Shown here one piece after another: positions 62,809 to 64,000 of a stretch of 64,000 bases of DNA. The DNA lies in NCBI GenBank assembly GCA_963756015.1, contig CAVWMB010000006.1, positions 1,293,949-1,357,948 of the forward strand. Reading direction: 5' to 3'. Numbering within the stretch: the stretch's first letter is position 1; each line of letters begins with the position of its first letter. The DNA comes from an uncultured Acidobacteriota bacterium (GTDB lineage Bacteria; Acidobacteriota; Terriglobia; Terriglobales; Acidobacteriaceae). The position numbers and the translations under genes were made by a program. The notes under the pieces were generated by a model. The model did no database searches and was not told the origin of the DNA. It saw only the letters and a list, made by a program, of their open reading frames with translations.

Positions 62809-62962
62809 TGGGCCTCCGCAATCTTTCACCTGCGACCGTGAAAGATGAAGAAAGACGAGCCTAATCTACACCGGAAGCCGCGGTCAAAGGCCAGCGTTAG
62901 AGCAAGCGAAGAGGAAGATTTTTCGGCTTCGCGACGGGCGGGCTTCTCGCGGGTTTCTATTT

Positions 62963-63679
62963 CTACGCCCCTGAGGCGCGTGCGGGCCCTTCGTGTGCGG
63001 GGGTGGGCTCCGGATGCTCTTCGGCACTCACATTGTGGCGAACGTCGGAGCCTTGCACCCAGAAAATAACATCCTCGGCGATGTTGGTGGCATGGTCGGC
63101 AACCCGCTCCAGATTTCGCGCCACCAGCAGCGCATCCAGAGCCTGCCGCACCACCTCAGGCCGCTGGTTCATCGTCTTCACCAGTTGGATAAACGCATCG
63201 TCTTTCATGCGGTCAACCACGTTATCCATCTCGAGGACGGCCTGGGCGAGTTCCACCTTGCCTTCGATGAACGATTCCAGGGCACGGCGAACCATGGCGC
63301 TCACGGCCGCGCCCATGCGCGCAATATCCACCGGAAGGTCCACGGTAGGCAGATCGATCATGTCCATCACGCGCTCGGCAATATTGACCGCCTGATCGCC
63401 TACCCGCTCCAGATCGGAATTAATCTTGGTTACCGCCAGGATGAAGCGCAGATCAACCGCCATGGGCTGCTGCATGGCCAGCAGGTCGAAAGCTGCCTCG
63501 TCGATCTCGCGTTCCGAGTTGTTAATCAGGCTCTCGCCCTCAAGAACCATCTGACAGCGGGTAAGATCGCGATCGATATAGGCCTGGCGGGCGCGGTCCA
63601 CCGCCTGCTCCGCCAGTCCACCCATGCGAAGTAACTTTTGTCGCAGATCGTCAAGGCCCTGCTGAAAGCGCGTGCGCAT
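62963..63679 (-). CDS. phoU: phosphate signalling complex protein PhoU
   Basis: Two PhoU repeats with ERVGDQAVNIAE and ERVADHATNIAEDV, plus a short Pro/Ala-rich C-terminal tail. Confidence 0.93.
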   Translation of the reverse strand: MRTRFQQGLDDLRQKLLRMGGLAEQAVDRARQAYIDRDLTRCQMVLEGESLINNSEREIDEAAFDLLAMQQPMAVDLRFILAVTKINSDLERVGDQAVNIAERVMDMIDLPTVDLPVDIARMGAAVSAMVRRALESFIEGKVELAQAVLEMDNVVDRMKDDAFIQLVKTMNQRPEVVRQALDALLVARNLERVADHATNIAEDVIFWVQGSDVRHNVSAEEHPEPTPAHEGPARASGA

Positions 63680-63711
63680 TATCGCAACCCTTCCTTAATC
63701 CAAAATCTACC

Positions 63712-64000
63712 TTATCCAAATCTCCCGGTAATGTAGTCTTCCGTCTTTTTGTCCGACGGCTTGGTGAAAATCTTTTCCGTCTTGTCGAACTCAATCATCT
63801 TGCCCAGCAGGAAAAACCCTGTGAACTCGGCCACGCGCGCTGCCTGCTGCATGTTGTGCGTGACAATCACGATGGTATATCGCTCTTTGAGTTGAAAGAT
63901 CAACTCCTCAATTTTGCCGGTGGAGATGGGATCGAGCGCGGAGCAGGGCTCGTCCATCAGTAAAACTTCAGGTTCCACCGCCAGCGCTCGGGCAATGCAG
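63712..64000 (-). CDS. pstB: phosphate ABC transporter ATP-binding protein PstB (5-prime part lies outside the window)
   Basis: The frame is open to the window edge. It reads [34 protein letters not shown]...[12 protein letters not shown]...DYITGRFG. Confidence 0.9.
   Translation of the reverse strand, partial: CIARALAVEPEVLLMDEPCSALDPISTGKIEELIFQLKERYTIVIVTHNMQQAARVAEFTGFFLLGKMIEFDKTEKIFTKPSDKKTEDYITGRFG

Noticed and set aside
62809-62962. Pho box upstream of the phosphoesterase fusion gene.
   Set aside because: No TGTCA-type heptamer pair is present in this 154-nt spacer. The gene is more likely read through from phoU or controlled differently.
1-64000. Searched by eye for CRISPR arrays, tRNA/rRNA genes, IS elements, integrases, toxin-antitoxin pairs and known defence-system signatures.
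   Set aside because: I saw no regularly spaced identical repeats of 25-40 nt, no tRNA T-arm/acceptor patterns, and no transposase, integrase or recombinase-like ORFs. There were also no small adjacent ORF pairs typical of TA modules. Manual scanning can miss degenerate elements.

Overview
This is a GC-rich, densely coding 64-kb bacterial chromosomal segment. I count about 58 protein genes, one of them partial at the right edge. By eye I found no rRNA, tRNA, CRISPR array, transposase or integrase. The gene repertoire resembles soil Acidobacteriota-type genomes: an S53 sedolisin, a beta-propeller/phosphoesterase fusion, many Sec/Tat-exported hydrolases, and an ECF sigma factor with a ZAS anti-sigma. 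That taxonomic guess cannot be verified here.

Most of the content is housekeeping:
- ABC-2 exporter
- ECF sigma operon
- Slt lytic transglycosylase and lspA
- NRAMP mntH
- a Moco/Fe-S-related cluster (xdhC-like and mocA-like genes)
- quinone oxidoreductase plus a stand-alone nuoB
- gltA
- myo-inositol-1-phosphate synthase
- nth
- a hemX-like/hemA/hemC...hemD operon
- a PAS-GGDEF-EAL protein
- mutS
- nagZ-anmK peptidoglycan recycling genes
- nadE
- phoU-pstB

I see no canonical mobile or defence island. The observations most worth following up are:
1. A heme operon with a PaiB-family FMN-binding protein and a DUF4442 hotdog protein wedged in. The PaiB-like gene is translationally coupled to hemD.
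2. A Pho-box-like 7+4+7 direct repeat upstream of a secreted S53 protease. It sits next to a propeller-phosphoesterase fusion and pstB-phoU.
3. Two perfect TGTGA-N6-TCACA (CRP-type) palindromes, one upstream of gltA and one upstream of the hem operon.
4. A divergent pair of single-lesion pseudogenes (an in-frame TAA and a 1-nt frameshift), with a 660-bp gene-less gap a few kb away.
5. A tight cluster of an IscU-like protein lacking the third Cys, a signal-less BtuF/TroA-like binding protein, a GAF protein and a NUDIX hydrolase.

All start codons are manual estimates. All homology calls rest on motif recognition by eye, not on searches.
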